A stretch of DNA of 63,992 nucleotides, counting the filler, from Stramenopiles sp. TOSAG23-6 (Eukaryota): assembly GCA_900128565.1 (NCBI GenBank). It is 5 parts of 5 records of this genome, joined end to end, with 100 filler letters (N's around TTAATTAATTAA, not from the genome) between each part and the next. Parts side by side here need not be neighbours in the genome. Positions count along the whole stretch, not along the records: positions 26,174 to 39,151 come from LT636182.1; positions 39,252 to 52,194 come from LT636183.1; 3 more parts are not named here. One strand, written 5' to 3'. The notes under the pieces are model-generated. The model was not told the origin of the DNA. It saw only the letters and a program-made list of their open reading frames with translations, and did not search any database. Position numbers and translations under genes: made by a program. Positions 36,263 to 48,300 of the stretch are shown here, piece by piece (position 1 is the stretch's first letter; the number at the start of each line of letters is the position of its first letter).

Positions 36263-37561
36263 TTATTCACAAATGTTTTCATGGCCTGGTGCTTTTACCT
36301 CTTTCAACCATTGTAATACTTCCAAATGACCATTTAAAGCTGCTTCATGACACGTATCTTCATCCCATGGACAAGGTGGATTTTGACTGCTTACCCATTT
36401 CAATACTTCTAGATGTCCATTTTCAGCTGCAAAACAACACGTCCATTCATCCCACGGACAAGGTGGATTTTGACTTCTTACCCATTTCAATACTTCTAAT
36501 TGACCATCTTCAGCTGCGAAAGAACACGTATCTTCATCCCACGGACAAGGTGGATTTTGACTCCTTACCCAGTTCAATACTTCCAAGTGACCATTCCTAG
36601 CTGCATATTGACACGTTTCTTCATCCCACGGACAAGGTGGATTTTGACTTCTTAACCATTTCAATACTTCCAANNNNNNNNNNNNNNNNNNNNNNNNNNN
36701 NNNNNNNNNNNNNNNNNNNNNNNNNNNNNNNNNNNNNNNNNNNNNNNNNNNNNNNNNNNNNNNNNNNNNNNNNNNNNNNNNNNNNNNNGGACAAGGTGGA
36801 TTTTGACTTCTTACCCATTTCAATACTTCCAAGTGACCATTTTGAGCTGCATTACGACACGTCCATGTATCCCATGGACAAGGTGGATTTTGACCTCTTA
36901 CCCATTTCAATACGTCCAAGTGACCATTTTCAGCTGCTTTATGACACGTCCAATCATCCCAAGGACAAGTTGGATTTTGACTTCTTACCCATTTTAATAC
37001 TTCTAAGTGACCTCTAGAAGCTGCAACTTGACACGTTTTTTCATTCCACGGACAAGGTGGATTTTGACTTCTTAACCATTTTAATACTTCTAAGTGACCA
37101 TTTTTAGCTGCACAATCACATGGTTCTGAATCCCACGGACAAGGTGGATTTTGACTTCTTACCCATTTTAATACTTCTAAGTGGCCATTTTCAGCTGCAC
37201 ATTGACATGTAGCTTCATCCCACGGACAAGGTGGTCTTCGACTTCTTAACCATTTTATAAAACACAAGTTACCATGCTCAGCTGTTTTAGCACAAGTCAC
37301 TGTACCCCAATCAACACCAACCATCCAAGGTCTGTGCTCATCATTTGACACAGCTCTCCCTGAGAGTCTATCTTTCAAGCAAAGATAGCTTGTGATCTCA
37401 ATAGCAGGTCCTAACCCACTTAACACTTTTTGTAGAACCTCTTCTTCATGTTTTGTGCGTTTGCGTGCGTTCCGTGAGTTCATTTTGTTAAAAGAGAAAG
37501 ACACTAATGTTTTTTTATCATCGCGATTCGCGAATCGCGGCCAATCAGTTTTGACAGCCAA
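36263..37561 (-). CDS. Ankyrin-repeat protein with 28-aa CPWD-type tandem repeats (84-bp unit)
   Basis: AAxNGHLEVLKWVRSQNPPCPWDxxTC repeated more than 10 times; start uncertain. Confidence 0.88.
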   Translation of the reverse strand: MAVKTDWPRFANRDDKKTLVSFSFNKMNSRNARKRTKHEEEVLQKVLSGLGPAIEITSYLCLKDRLSGRAVSNDEHRPWMVGVDWGTVTCAKTAEHGNLCFIKWLRSRRPPCPWDEATCQCAAENGHLEVLKWVRSQNPPCPWDSEPCDCAAKNGHLEVLKWLRSQNPPCPWNEKTCQVAASRGHLEVLKWVRSQNPTCPWDDWTCHKAAENGHLDVLKWVRGQNPPCPWDTWTCRNAAQNGHLEVLKWVRSQNPPCXXXXXXXXXXXXXXXXXXXXXXXXXXXXXXXXXXXXXXXLEVLKWLRSQNPPCPWDEETCQYAARNGHLEVLNWVRSQNPPCPWDEDTCSFAAEDGQLEVLKWVRSQNPPCPWDEWTCCFAAENGHLEVLKWVSSQNPPCPWDEDTCHEAALNGHLEVLQWLKEVKAPGHENICE

Positions 37562-37679
37562 AAGTTTTCCGTGATTTCGTGCAGCAATTATGATGTTTCG
37601 ATTAGTCAGCAGTCAGTCACTTTCGTAATATTTACCTTTTACACCTTCAATGCATAAGAGTTTTTAAATAAAATTGATC

Positions 37680-39151
37680 ATGGGGAAGAAGAAAAAGAAG
37701 AGGAAAGGCAATTCAAGGGGTTATGCTACCGTCTCTGTGCNGCGAGTCCCTGTACCCGAAATCAAAGCAAGTCCNTCTTGTACTAANGNAGATCCGGTTA
37801 CCTCAGTAAAGAATGATACGAAACCAACAACGAAGAGGTCAAATGCTGCTTCGAAAAAAAGCAGTAGACAGAGCAAACGATACAATCAGCACTGTAAGGC
37901 CCAAGCTGCAAAAGATTTTGTCAATACATCAATGGGTAAACAGGTNATTGCAGCGGCCGTTGCCACGAGTAAAGTAAAGCAGCAGAAGATCAGTGGTCGG
38001 TCATATTCCAGTGGAAATAGAAACTTGGCCACTGTCTCCATTGATCCTAAAGTCGAGCGTGAAGCTATCGATCTTTTGCTCAAACTTCCTCATGATGATA
38101 AGAAGGATAAACATACATATAATTCTTCTCAATTTATATATTCGCTTGCTGTTCGGTCTCCATCAAAGGTGCTTCGACAAGCTACTTTAACTTACCTCGA
38201 ATTGCAGCGTATAGGTTTCTCTCAAAAGCTCATTGAGGAGGCAATAACAGGTATAGTTTTCCCTTGTGACTCTGGAGTCCCATGTTCACTAAGTGTATCT
38301 TCGGCATTGGATTGGTTATGTCTTCATGCGGACGATGAAGATTTACCTGAAAGTTGGTTTCGGCAAAGTGTAAAAAAGACAAATTCTGGAATAACTTTAC
38401 TTCAATCGAGTCGAAAAGTNACAAAAAATCAAAAAGTGACAAAAAATCAAAAACTTTCGCGGTTTTCAAGTACAGAGCAAGGTATTATAGAATCCGATGT
38501 ATTAATGTCAGATAAAAGACAACTTGATTTACATGGTGAAAGTAAAGTATATAAAAAGGATGATAAAAATGATAAAAAGGACGATAAAAATGATGTAGAC
38601 ATTGACTCTGAACATGATTTAAAGGCACAGACACTTGCACTTGCATATGCAGCTGAGGAAATGGATTATCAACGTGAACAAGAAGAAGCATCAAAAGAAG
38701 TATTATTGAAAGAAAAGATTGTAGAAGAATCTTTATTAACACCAGAAGAGTTATATTGTAGAAGAGCTCAAGAGCTAGTAATATTGAAGAATGCTGCAAG
38801 AAAAGCAAAAGGTAAAAAAATACAAAAACCTACAAATTATTCCAATGATGTTAAATTACTGATGTTTTATGGTGAGTCGTTTGGCCAATCTATACAAAGA
38901 ATTAATAAAGAATTGATGAAAATTGGGCAGATGATCAAAAATAAACAAGGTGATGATAAATTTAATGAATTAAAAGCAAAAGTTAAACTTTTTGATTCTT
39001 TACCGAAAGGAGATAAAAAGTGTAGCAAAAAAAAAGGAAATGATAATAATAATGATAATAATAATGATAATAATGATAATGATAATAATAATGATAATGA
39101 TGATGATAATGATAATAATAATGATGATGATGATAATAATAATGATGATGA
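37680..39151 (+). CDS. N-terminal part of a DHX29/DHX57-like DExH helicase (truncated)
   Basis: MGKKKKK..RGYATVS start and UBA-like LQRIGFS..ALDWLCLH..DLP. The helicase core is not in this scaffold, which ends in an Asn/Asp repeat. Confidence 0.6.
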
Positions 39152-39251
39152 NNNNNNNNNNNNNNNNNNNNNNNNNNNNNNNNNNNNNNNNNNNNTTAAT
39201 TAATTAANNNNNNNNNNNNNNNNNNNNNNNNNNNNNNNNNNNNNNNNNNNN

Positions 39252-40079
39252 AGCTTGAATCTTTCTTGCAGCTTCCTGTTGTCGTTGATTTTCTTCTCTA
39301 ACTATACGATCACGTTGGGCAGCTTGAATCTTTCTTGCTGCTTCCTGTTGTCGTTTATTTTCTTTTCTAGCTATACGATCACGTTGGGCAGCTTGAATCT
39401 TTCTTGCTGCTTCCTGCCGTCGTTTATTTTCTTTTCTAACTATACGACCACGTTGGACAGCTTGAATCTTTGTTGCTGCTTCCTGCCGTCGTTCCTGTTC
39501 TTGTTTTGCTATAACTGCACGGATTCGTTCCTTCGATTTCTGTTCTAAGAGTTTCAATTTTGAATATATCCTAGAGACATATCCAGATTTTCCACCAACG
39601 CCATCGACTTCCAACTGCTTATTTATCTTCTTCCCTATATCTTTACTAGAGATTGATGATGCTTCTGTTGTAGACAGTGTGACTACAAAGCTACACGTTG
39701 TTTCATAGCACGACAGTTTTTTCGTTTCTACAACTTTAGTTCTATATGATATTCTACTCTTTTTACTAGAAATGTTGACTTGTTTTTCCCAAGAATATTG
39801 CATATTTGACAAATTTATCTCAAGCAACCTTCGCTTGCTTCCTGTGGGATTCTTATTAGGAATACTTCTTTCTAGCTCTACATATCTAACATCATTTTTC
39901 ACAATCACTCCTTTGTAAATTACCACAGCAACGCAAATAAATAACAGGGAAAAAAATAAGGCTAGTTTAACTTTTGAAGTTTTCCAACAACTGTCACTTT
40001 CTAAATCTTCTTCTCTTGCTACATTTCTCCTATGTTTTGCACATTGCTTTCTAGTATCATGGAATAGAGGATCTTTCAT
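39252..40079 (-). CDS. Single-pass membrane protein with tandem IQ motifs (truncated)
   Basis: Hydrophobic segment near the N-terminus; 69-bp repeats encoding QEAARKIQAAQRDRIVR. Confidence 0.75.
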
Positions 40080-40330
40080 GTTTTCTCTACTCTACAAAAA
40101 TACATGGGTAGGGTATAACCGAAATTGGTCAATCATCAAATCTTGAAGTTTTGTGGTTGTCTAATAACAAACTATCTGGTTCAATACCCTTGGACAACGC
40201 TGAACCCTTACCCAGATCAACCGAACGTTGCGCGGATGTAACGTACCGTATATTACCGGTTACTACAGTTACACAACGTTCCTATCTAAGGCGTTACTAG
40301 TGTCGTAGACTGTCTCAACACAAAGTCAAT

Positions 40331-43300
40331 ATGCGAGCATCAAAGCAGCAGCCAGTTGGTGGGCGATATGCACAGCAGGCGCTAGAAGTTAGCAATAATC
40401 TAGATGCGCCGAACCATTCGTCCTTAAAACGCAGGGGAAAGCCTCAACAAAATTCCAGTCCTCTTGATGTTGAAAACCATGAACAAAAAAAACAATTTAT
40501 CAGAACCCCAAAGTTTGAGGGACGAAACCGTAGTGTATCTGCTCGTACATCGAGTCGGGAGAAGCGAGAAGATTTAGAAGAACGACAAGCTTATGCTGCA
40601 ATGAAAATACTTGATTCTAGCAATTCCGATGCGGCTATCAAAGTACGGCACTTACAAATGCAACTTCAATCTGTTGAAACAACTATGCAGCAACAAATGA
40701 CTCTTTTTGAACGATTACAGAAAAGAAATATTGAAGCTATTGCGGAGTTACGGGTTAGATGTAGGCAGAATGATTCAGAGCTTCTCAAAGCACGCCAGCA
40801 AATTCTCATTTTGAAAAACGAGTCCAAACAAAGAGAACTGCCAATATCCAATTCAAATCAGCAACAGGCAGCTCAGCAAAAACGTTTTGACGGTTCTCCG
40901 AGACGTTCAAAGCAAATGAAGGCTACACTCGTAAATATTAAAGTAAAAAAAGAAGAAGATATACGAAATAAAACAAAAGAATTGAAACGAGATTCGATGA
41001 TATGGAAAGCTATAGAGAGCATAAAAACAAAGCATGATGATTATTTGTCAACAGCAACGCGAGTAGAGACAAATATGAAGTCACGATTGGGAGCAATCGA
41101 AAAAAGGCTGCGACCAAAAGAGCAACAATTAGATAAAATCCAACAATCAGCTGTTACTGGAGCTGCTGAACTAATTAGTACTGATATGCATAATCAAATT
41201 AAAACTCTTGCTGGAGATATTTCGTCGATATCACATCGACTGTTGGCTTCTGAATCATCACGCGAACTTTTAACACAACAACTTGTGAGCCAGCGTGATC
41301 AATTTGCCCTTCAATTCCAGAAATTGCAAAGAAATGTTACTACAATGATGAAAAGTTCCGAAGAATCTCGACGAAAATTAGAAATTGAAAGAGGTTCGAA
41401 TGAACAGTGGCAGCGGCATTTTGAGGGGAAATCTCAAGACCAAAGAATCTCAACTCTTCAAGATACTATAGAACAACTGAAATCTGCTGTTTATACTGGA
41501 CGCCAAGAATGGACAGGTGCGCTTGAAACAACAGAAAAGAAGCTGGAAGCAAAATATTCCGCTACAATTGCAGATTTAAAACGGGAAACTTCTCGACAAA
41601 CTGAGTATGCGGCTACTTTACATCAGAGACTTGAGGGAGCAGTAGATGATATCGCAGGAGTTGTTGCGGACGAAACTAGTAACACTGGAGGAGAACTTCA
41701 GACTTTGGGTCGGGAGACCCAGAAAGCAGTTGTTACACTGCGTGACCTATTGGATGATGTTGATAATCGAATTGAAGAACGCCATGATGCTCTGGAGCAA
41801 GTAGTTCGCGCAGAAATTAGACAAAGAATCGAAGATAAAAATGCATTTCATAATTTGATTGAAGATCGTAAATCAAAAGATAAGAGACAGGATAAAGAGG
41901 CTTTGATAATGGTCGAAAATAGTCTTAAGCAAATGGATAGTGTAAAACGTGATATGGAAAATGTAGTAAAGCGCCTGGATAGAGCTACTGAAAGTTTCAA
42001 CCAAGCCCAAAATGTGGAAGCTTCCAAAAGAGAAAACATGGGTGAACAATTAGAAAAGCGCATATCTATAACATACACTGCTGTAGATGATCTTCGGCAA
42101 GAGTTTGATGATACACTAGATAAAATACGCGCGACTCACCAACAGAAGCACGATGTACTTAGGAAAAATATTTCAAAACAGCTTGGGGAAAATCGCAAAA
42201 ATGCGGAGCATATAATGGCGGCGAATAAAGCTTCAACTAGTGAAGATATCAAACAAAAAATATATTCTATAGAAAAATTATTAGGAAATCGCATTGATGT
42301 TGCTCTTCATGAAATGAATGATGTGAGCAATGCATTAGATCGCTCAGTTGTAACTGCAAATGAAGAGAGAGATAAACTCCGTTCAAATCTCATGCGCCAC
42401 GTAGCAAATACAGGTGATACAATGTCGGCTATGCAGCGAGCTTCCACAATACGGATCGTTGAAGCAGCTGAGCAAACTTTAGCAGACCGGATACAAAGGG
42501 AAACCATCGAGCGTACGTCTGGAGATGAAGCGATTGCATCAAGCCTAAAAAACATGACAACTGCTACACGTGTTGAACGAGGTCGAGAATTAACTGCACT
42601 TGAAAATAATATTCTTAGTGCAGTGAATGATATCGAAGTCAAAATGAGATCACTGGCAGATATGCAAGCCTCTAGAGCTGAAAGTGTTGAGTTACGAAAT
42701 GCTGCATCTGTTGATGAAGTCAGGAGGGTAGTCGATGATACTCGTGCAGAATTACGATCTGCCGTAGAGTCTGTTGAACGCGACATCGATACTCGTCATA
42801 ATGGTTTAAGTCGCGCTTTGATTGCGCGATTCGATGAACAAATGACTGCTTTACGAATACAGCTAGCTGCCCAGCTCAAGGCAGAATCGGCTAAACGTCT
42901 CTCAACGGTTGACGACGCTGAAAAGGGAATGAATGCAAAGCTTGATGCAATGGAGGATTTACTCCGAGCAGAGCGAATGGCGGCTCTCCAACAATTGCAA
43001 TCCACTTTAAAATTGTCAATTGGTGAAGAAGTTACGTGTAGAATAAGAGGTGATGAAAAAGTTCAGGCTGATTTAGAAAAGGTCTTTGAAGGTCGGTATG
43101 ACGAACTTCGTAAACAAACAGTTGAGCTCTTCAACTTACCGTCTGTAGTTGACGGAATTGCTGCGGTAGAAAGAAGGGAACGTGTTGAAGACAATATTAA
43201 AACTAGAGAAGAAGCTCGAACGTTAATTGAAGCAGCTCGTGGTGTTTTCAATGCAAGGTTGGATGAATTCAACAAAATGAATATGTCGCTGAAAGGAGAT

Positions 43301-45340
43301 TTGCATAAAGAAGCAATAGCGCGCTTGAAAGCCGACAAGGGCGTCAGTACAGATCTCATGGCTCTCATTGATGGCATCGCTGATGGAACCAAAATGGATA
43401 AAACACTGATAGAAGCACACTTATCAGCCATAAATAAGAGAAACTCTGAAATATCAGAGAGGATTGCTGCAGTTGGATCTCAAGTTAATGAGGTAGAAGT
43501 AAACATGAGGAAGATACCAGATCATACAAAACTTGTTGCTGAAGCTGTTAAAAAAGAAGAACAATTAAAATCCAAAATTACTACAAATAGTAAAAGAGAA
43601 AACGAAAAAGTAAAGGAACTAGAAAACGAACAGGATTTAAGACTTCAGAAGATTCGCGATGAATCTGATGCGCGGCTTAAAGAGCTTAACAAAAAGTGGA
43701 AGTCTGGTCTTCATGCAAGCAGGCTTTTAGCAAAGCAACGTAAAGACAGGGTTCACAATGAGATTTATGAGCAAGAAATGATTACTGCTACAGAAAAATC
43801 TTTGATAAATGATAATTCTATTCGAAATTCTGAACAAAATAATAATTTACGGAATCTGAAGAAAAAGAACGAAAATATCAAAAAAATAGAAACTAGGCAA
43901 GATGAAGCTAACAAATTTAAAAAAAGGGCTGAAAAATCAATTAGAGCAGTAGCCCGCATTCAAAAGGCTATAAAAAAGCAACGGAGTCTCATGGAAGAAA
44001 CTAAGGGAAATAGTGAGGAAATGGTCAAATCAGTTAAAAAAATGGAAAAACTTGAAAAAGATCTTCAAAAGCAACGACAAAAAACAAAGGAAGCATCTCG
44101 ACAAGCTGAAGAAGCTACCGATAAAGTTAGAAAAGATAAAGAGTCTATTTTAAAGATGGAAAAGGAAATTCCTTGGCACCACGGTATGCAAAGACTAACC
44201 ATTTGTCCTAATGGCCCTTTAAATAAGCAGTGTGATACACCAATACAAGTACATACCGAAGAAGATCATACTTGCTTTATTTTCGCTCCTCCTAGCACTG
44301 AACCTGGTTCAATATTCGAGGCAGAAGCACAAGCTGTCAAGACAATTATGGCCGACGCGAAAGCATTGGACAAATCCAAGGTTGGGAATCTCATTCCATG
44401 TGATTGGTTGGATCGTACTACATATGTTATTCAGCCAGATGGAGTTGCTGAAGGAGATACTTTTAAAGCATTTGTTCCCCAATATGACAGTAATGGAAAT
44501 GTTATTCCGGTCGCCGGTATGAAAGGGTCTGATTCCTTTGAAACACCAGAACAAAACTCTGCAAAACCGACAGAAATTGGCGCACTTGCAAAAGCTGTAA
44601 TGGAAGGTAATGTTGATATTGTCAAAGAATTATTGGACAAAGGCGCAAATCCGAATGAAGTAGATCAAAACACTGGAGAAACTGCAGCATTTCAGGCAAT
44701 CTACTTTAATTTCAGTGAAATCTTGAAATTACTGTTAGAAGCAGGTTGCGATTTGAAACACCAAAATGCACAAGGCAATACGGCTGTTCATGTAGCCTAT
44801 ATGAAAGAGCGAGAAAATATCATCGAACTATGGGAAAAAGAAAAGCCAAAATGGTACACTGAAACTTGTAGTATCAAAAATAAAGAACAAAAAACTCCAC
44901 TCGATATCAAAGAAGAAAAGAAATCACAGAAAGAAAAGTCTGATGAGAAATCGAATGAAGAGGAAGTCACTCCTAAAAAGGGTCAATTATCAAAGGCAGC
45001 AAAGAAAAATGATGTTGACACAGTAAAGCTCCTTTTGGAAGAAGGTAGCGATCCAAACGAAAAGGACAAAAATGGATCAACACCATTGCACCATTGCGCT
45101 TGGTCGGGTCATGTAGAAGTTTCAAAGATGTTGATTGAAGCAGGCGCGGATATTATGTTGACCAACAATAGGTCGGTCACCGCAGTGCATTTAGCAGCTG
45201 AAAATAACCAGCTTACTCTGATGCAATACTTTGCCACATTGGATAATTTTGATGATGTAATGAACATCAAGAACTCCAATGGGCAGACACCAAGTGAAAT
45301 AACAGATTTGGATGAATTCAAAGAAAACATTACAATATAA
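40331..45340 (+). CDS. Large coiled-coil protein with C-terminal ankyrin repeats
   Basis: 1669-aa intronless ORF; ankyrin motifs GSTPLHHCAWSGHVEVSKMLIEAGAD. Confidence 0.85.
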   Translation: MRASKQQPVGGRYAQQALEVSNNLDAPNHSSLKRRGKPQQNSSPLDVENHEQKKQFIRTPKFEGRNRSVSARTSSREKREDLEERQAYAAMKILDSSNSDAAIKVRHLQMQLQSVETTMQQQMTLFERLQKRNIEAIAELRVRCRQNDSELLKARQQILILKNESKQRELPISNSNQQQAAQQKRFDGSPRRSKQMKATLVNIKVKKEEDIRNKTKELKRDSMIWKAIESIKTKHDDYLSTATRVETNMKSRLGAIEKRLRPKEQQLDKIQQSAVTGAAELISTDMHNQIKTLAGDISSISHRLLASESSRELLTQQLVSQRDQFALQFQKLQRNVTTMMKSSEESRRKLEIERGSNEQWQRHFEGKSQDQRISTLQDTIEQLKSAVYTGRQEWTGALETTEKKLEAKYSATIADLKRETSRQTEYAATLHQRLEGAVDDIAGVVADETSNTGGELQTLGRETQKAVVTLRDLLDDVDNRIEERHDALEQVVRAEIRQRIEDKNAFHNLIEDRKSKDKRQDKEALIMVENSLKQMDSVKRDMENVVKRLDRATESFNQAQNVEASKRENMGEQLEKRISITYTAVDDLRQEFDDTLDKIRATHQQKHDVLRKNISKQLGENRKNAEHIMAANKASTSEDIKQKIYSIEKLLGNRIDVALHEMNDVSNALDRSVVTANEERDKLRSNLMRHVANTGDTMSAMQRASTIRIVEAAEQTLADRIQRETIERTSGDEAIASSLKNMTTATRVERGRELTALENNILSAVNDIEVKMRSLADMQASRAESVELRNAASVDEVRRVVDDTRAELRSAVESVERDIDTRHNGLSRALIARFDEQMTALRIQLAAQLKAESAKRLSTVDDAEKGMNAKLDAMEDLLRAERMAALQQLQSTLKLSIGEEVTCRIRGDEKVQADLEKVFEGRYDELRKQTVELFNLPSVVDGIAAVERRERVEDNIKTREEARTLIEAARGVFNARLDEFNKMNMSLKGDLHKEAIARLKADKGVSTDLMALIDGIADGTKMDKTLIEAHLSAINKRNSEISERIAAVGSQVNEVEVNMRKIPDHTKLVAEAVKKEEQLKSKITTNSKRENEKVKELENEQDLRLQKIRDESDARLKELNKKWKSGLHASRLLAKQRKDRVHNEIYEQEMITATEKSLINDNSIRNSEQNNNLRNLKKKNENIKKIETRQDEANKFKKRAEKSIRAVARIQKAIKKQRSLMEETKGNSEEMVKSVKKMEKLEKDLQKQRQKTKEASRQAEEATDKVRKDKESILKMEKEIPWHHGMQRLTICPNGPLNKQCDTPIQVHTEEDHTCFIFAPPSTEPGSIFEAEAQAVKTIMADAKALDKSKVGNLIPCDWLDRTTYVIQPDGVAEGDTFKAFVPQYDSNGNVIPVAGMKGSDSFETPEQNSAKPTEIGALAKAVMEGNVDIVKELLDKGANPNEVDQNTGETAAFQAIYFNFSEILKLLLEAGCDLKHQNAQGNTAVHVAYMKERENIIELWEKEKPKWYTETCSIKNKEQKTPLDIKEEKKSQKEKSDEKSNEEEVTPKKGQLSKAAKKNDVDTVKLLLEEGSDPNEKDKNGSTPLHHCAWSGHVEVSKMLIEAGADIMLTNNRSVTAVHLAAENNQLTLMQYFATLDNFDDVMNIKNSNGQTPSEITDLDEFKENITI

Positions 45341-45398
45341 TGTATATCTTATTATTTATTCTTTCATTTCATTACAATATAAATGTATATTCTATTAT

Positions 45399-48300
45399 TT
45401 ATTCTTTCATTTCAGTGGATACAAGGCACTTTCCGACCATATCTTCATTACATGTCATTATTTTCAACTCTTGAATTAGAGCAGCGTTATCTTTAGTAAT
45501 TATTTTCATTTCAATGTCTGTTGTTGTTTCATCCGCACTTTCTTTTTCTTCTTCTTTTAAACAAATTCTATTTATTGTATCATTTACAGGATTAGTGTAA
45601 GGTTGAGATATTCGTTGTAACATCTCCTCCTTTTGAGCATGCCCAATTTTCCTTCGTAGATGTTTTTCTAATTCTGAATAAGCAAACGCTTCAAACTCTT
45701 TACAAGCCGACTCCAGAATATTTTCTGCTTTGATTTCAGTATCTTTGAGCTGATCTATATTGAAAGATTCACTTTCTTTATATTCCACATTTAACTCATT
45801 TGCGATTCTACTTTGAATCGATCGTTCTTCCAGTTCAGCTAAAGTCGAGTATTTTTCCATCTCGTCGTCAAACGCAATTTTCCATTCATTTTTTTCGCAT
45901 TTTAAGAAGTGAAGTTCTTCTTGTAGTTTTAATAAATTCATTTGCGAGACATTTCCCAAAAATTCTTCATTCTTTTCGACTGATTCTGTCTGTGATGAAG
46001 TATTTTGTAAATGTTTTGGGCTATGCGACGGCGGTTGACTTATGGACATTTCATTTTGTGAATTGTTTGAACTATTTAATGGTATTTGCCGTTTGGATAT
46101 GTCATTTTGTAAATTTTGAACCACGATTGCAGCTGCTTCTAATTTTCCTTTGTACTTTGAACACTTATTTTTATATTCTATTTTTGCTTGACTAAAAGAA
46201 AATTTAGTTCTTTCTAATTGACTAGATGTTCTACGCAATAATCCATACAGATCGAGAATTTCCTGGCGATGTTCATATATCTCCAGATCCTTTTCTTGTT
46301 GTTTTTTGTCGTGAATAAGGTTGCCAGTATTTATGCCAGAAACAATCTTTGCTTCAGTCAATTCCAATTTTTCCAAACTTAAATTAGACTTTGAATGTTC
46401 AATTTTCATTTCATGATATTCTTCTTGTATTGTCTGATATTCTTCATGTAATGCATCCAGGGATTGTTTTAGTTTAGTTTCCAAGATATTTTCTTCGCTA
46501 ATCTCACATATGTATTTTTGGAAAATAGTAAAAAATGTTTTGTATTGTTAAGTTGAAAACTTTGGTTCAAAAAAATAAATTTAAAGTTTTTTAGGTACAA
46601 ATTTTACTACGAAAACATTTTTGAAAACATACCTTTCTTGTTCATTTTGCTTCATTAGTTCGTACATTTGTTCTTCGGCAAATTTCAAATCAACATTACA
46701 TTGTGTACGATGATGTAATAGAACTTCTGATGTTACAGCTTCAAATTTACGAGTTAAATCTTGCAATTGCGTTTCTTCATTGATTGTTCGTTTTACTACA
46801 TTATTCTGTAGAACTACCTCATTCAAAGATTTCTCAATAGATTCTTTTTCCAAAGTAATTTTTTCTAAATTTATAGAAGTATCTCTGAGTTCATTTCGAT
46901 TCTTCTCTAGGCTTAGTTGAAGTTGTTTGATTTCTACATTATATTTACTTTCTGTGTCTTCTTTATAGGTTTCGTATAGTTTATCTTTTTCAGCAGCTAA
47001 TTCTATCATTGTTTCAATTTCAGATTTATTTTTTTCAGCAGCTAATTCTATCATTGTTTCAATTTCAGATTTCCTATTATCCCATTGTACATCAACCGCC
47101 TCTCTCTCTCGTGAAGTTTTAGACTCAATTTCGGTTTGAAATTGAAATATTTCGGCACGAAATCGATTGGCAGAATCTTTCATTTCTTGCTTCAAATTCG
47201 CTTCAGTGATTTTTGCAATTTCAAATTTAGAATTGAATTCTGATAGAAACTTTGCATGTAATGTATCAGCAATCTCTTTTTCTATATTAGTTTTTGTCTC
47301 TTGTTGTGTATTATTTTTTGATGCATCTTTTGCAATAGAATAATTATCTGTATTATTTTTTGGTGCATCTTTTGCAATAGAATAATTATCTGTATTATTT
47401 TTTAAGGTACTATTACTTTTGCAGAAACTTCGATTCGATTTTGGTTTAGGAGATTTAAATGTCAGTATATCAGTATTTCGTGGCTGTTCTTCGCATATTT
47501 CTTGTTCTTTATTTTCATCAATTAGACGAGGATGCTTGGTTGCTCTATTATCTATACTTAATGAATTTTCAGATGTATCACATTTAGAATGTCTCGTATT
47601 TGAAAAAATATTCTCTATTACTGGGTTATGATGGTATCCTTGGGTAGTACACGGTGACGGAAATCGACGAGGTGGGAGAATTGAATTATTCTCTGAAAAT
47701 AATATAGTAGGGTTGCCTTGAGTGTGATGTACATTTTGATTTGATTTGTATCGAATCGGCACTACCGCATCGTTTATTGGTGTATGGGGGGATGAAATAT
47801 CTTGATTTGATTTGTATCGTATTGGCACAGTAACATCGTTTATTGGTGTATGGGGAGATGATATGCATGTACTAGTATACATTATATGGGGAGAACGATT
47901 CTTTATACTCTTTGTTATTGTTCTTTCTTTCGGATATGCTTTTGGGTTAAGGTTTTTGTTTGGTGACTTTTTTTTAATTGAACAATCATATATATTTAAT
48001 AAAGACTTCTCTGAAATGTTGAAATCATTGTGAATATAATCTAAAATATATGACCAATCGATACTACCAGTACTATCTACATTAATTATAGTATATAAAA
48101 TATCCGCTTCTTCCATTGTCATTTTTGTTATTTGGCAAATTACAATAACGAATTCATCTTTTGTCATTTTATCATGTATTTTCATAAAATATGTCAAAAT
48201 TGATGTTTTTTGTTAGGTACAAAATTTGCTACGAAAAAAAATCGAAATTGGAAAACAATGAAACATTCAGGTCCATTTCTCGCAATACGCAAAAAGTCTT

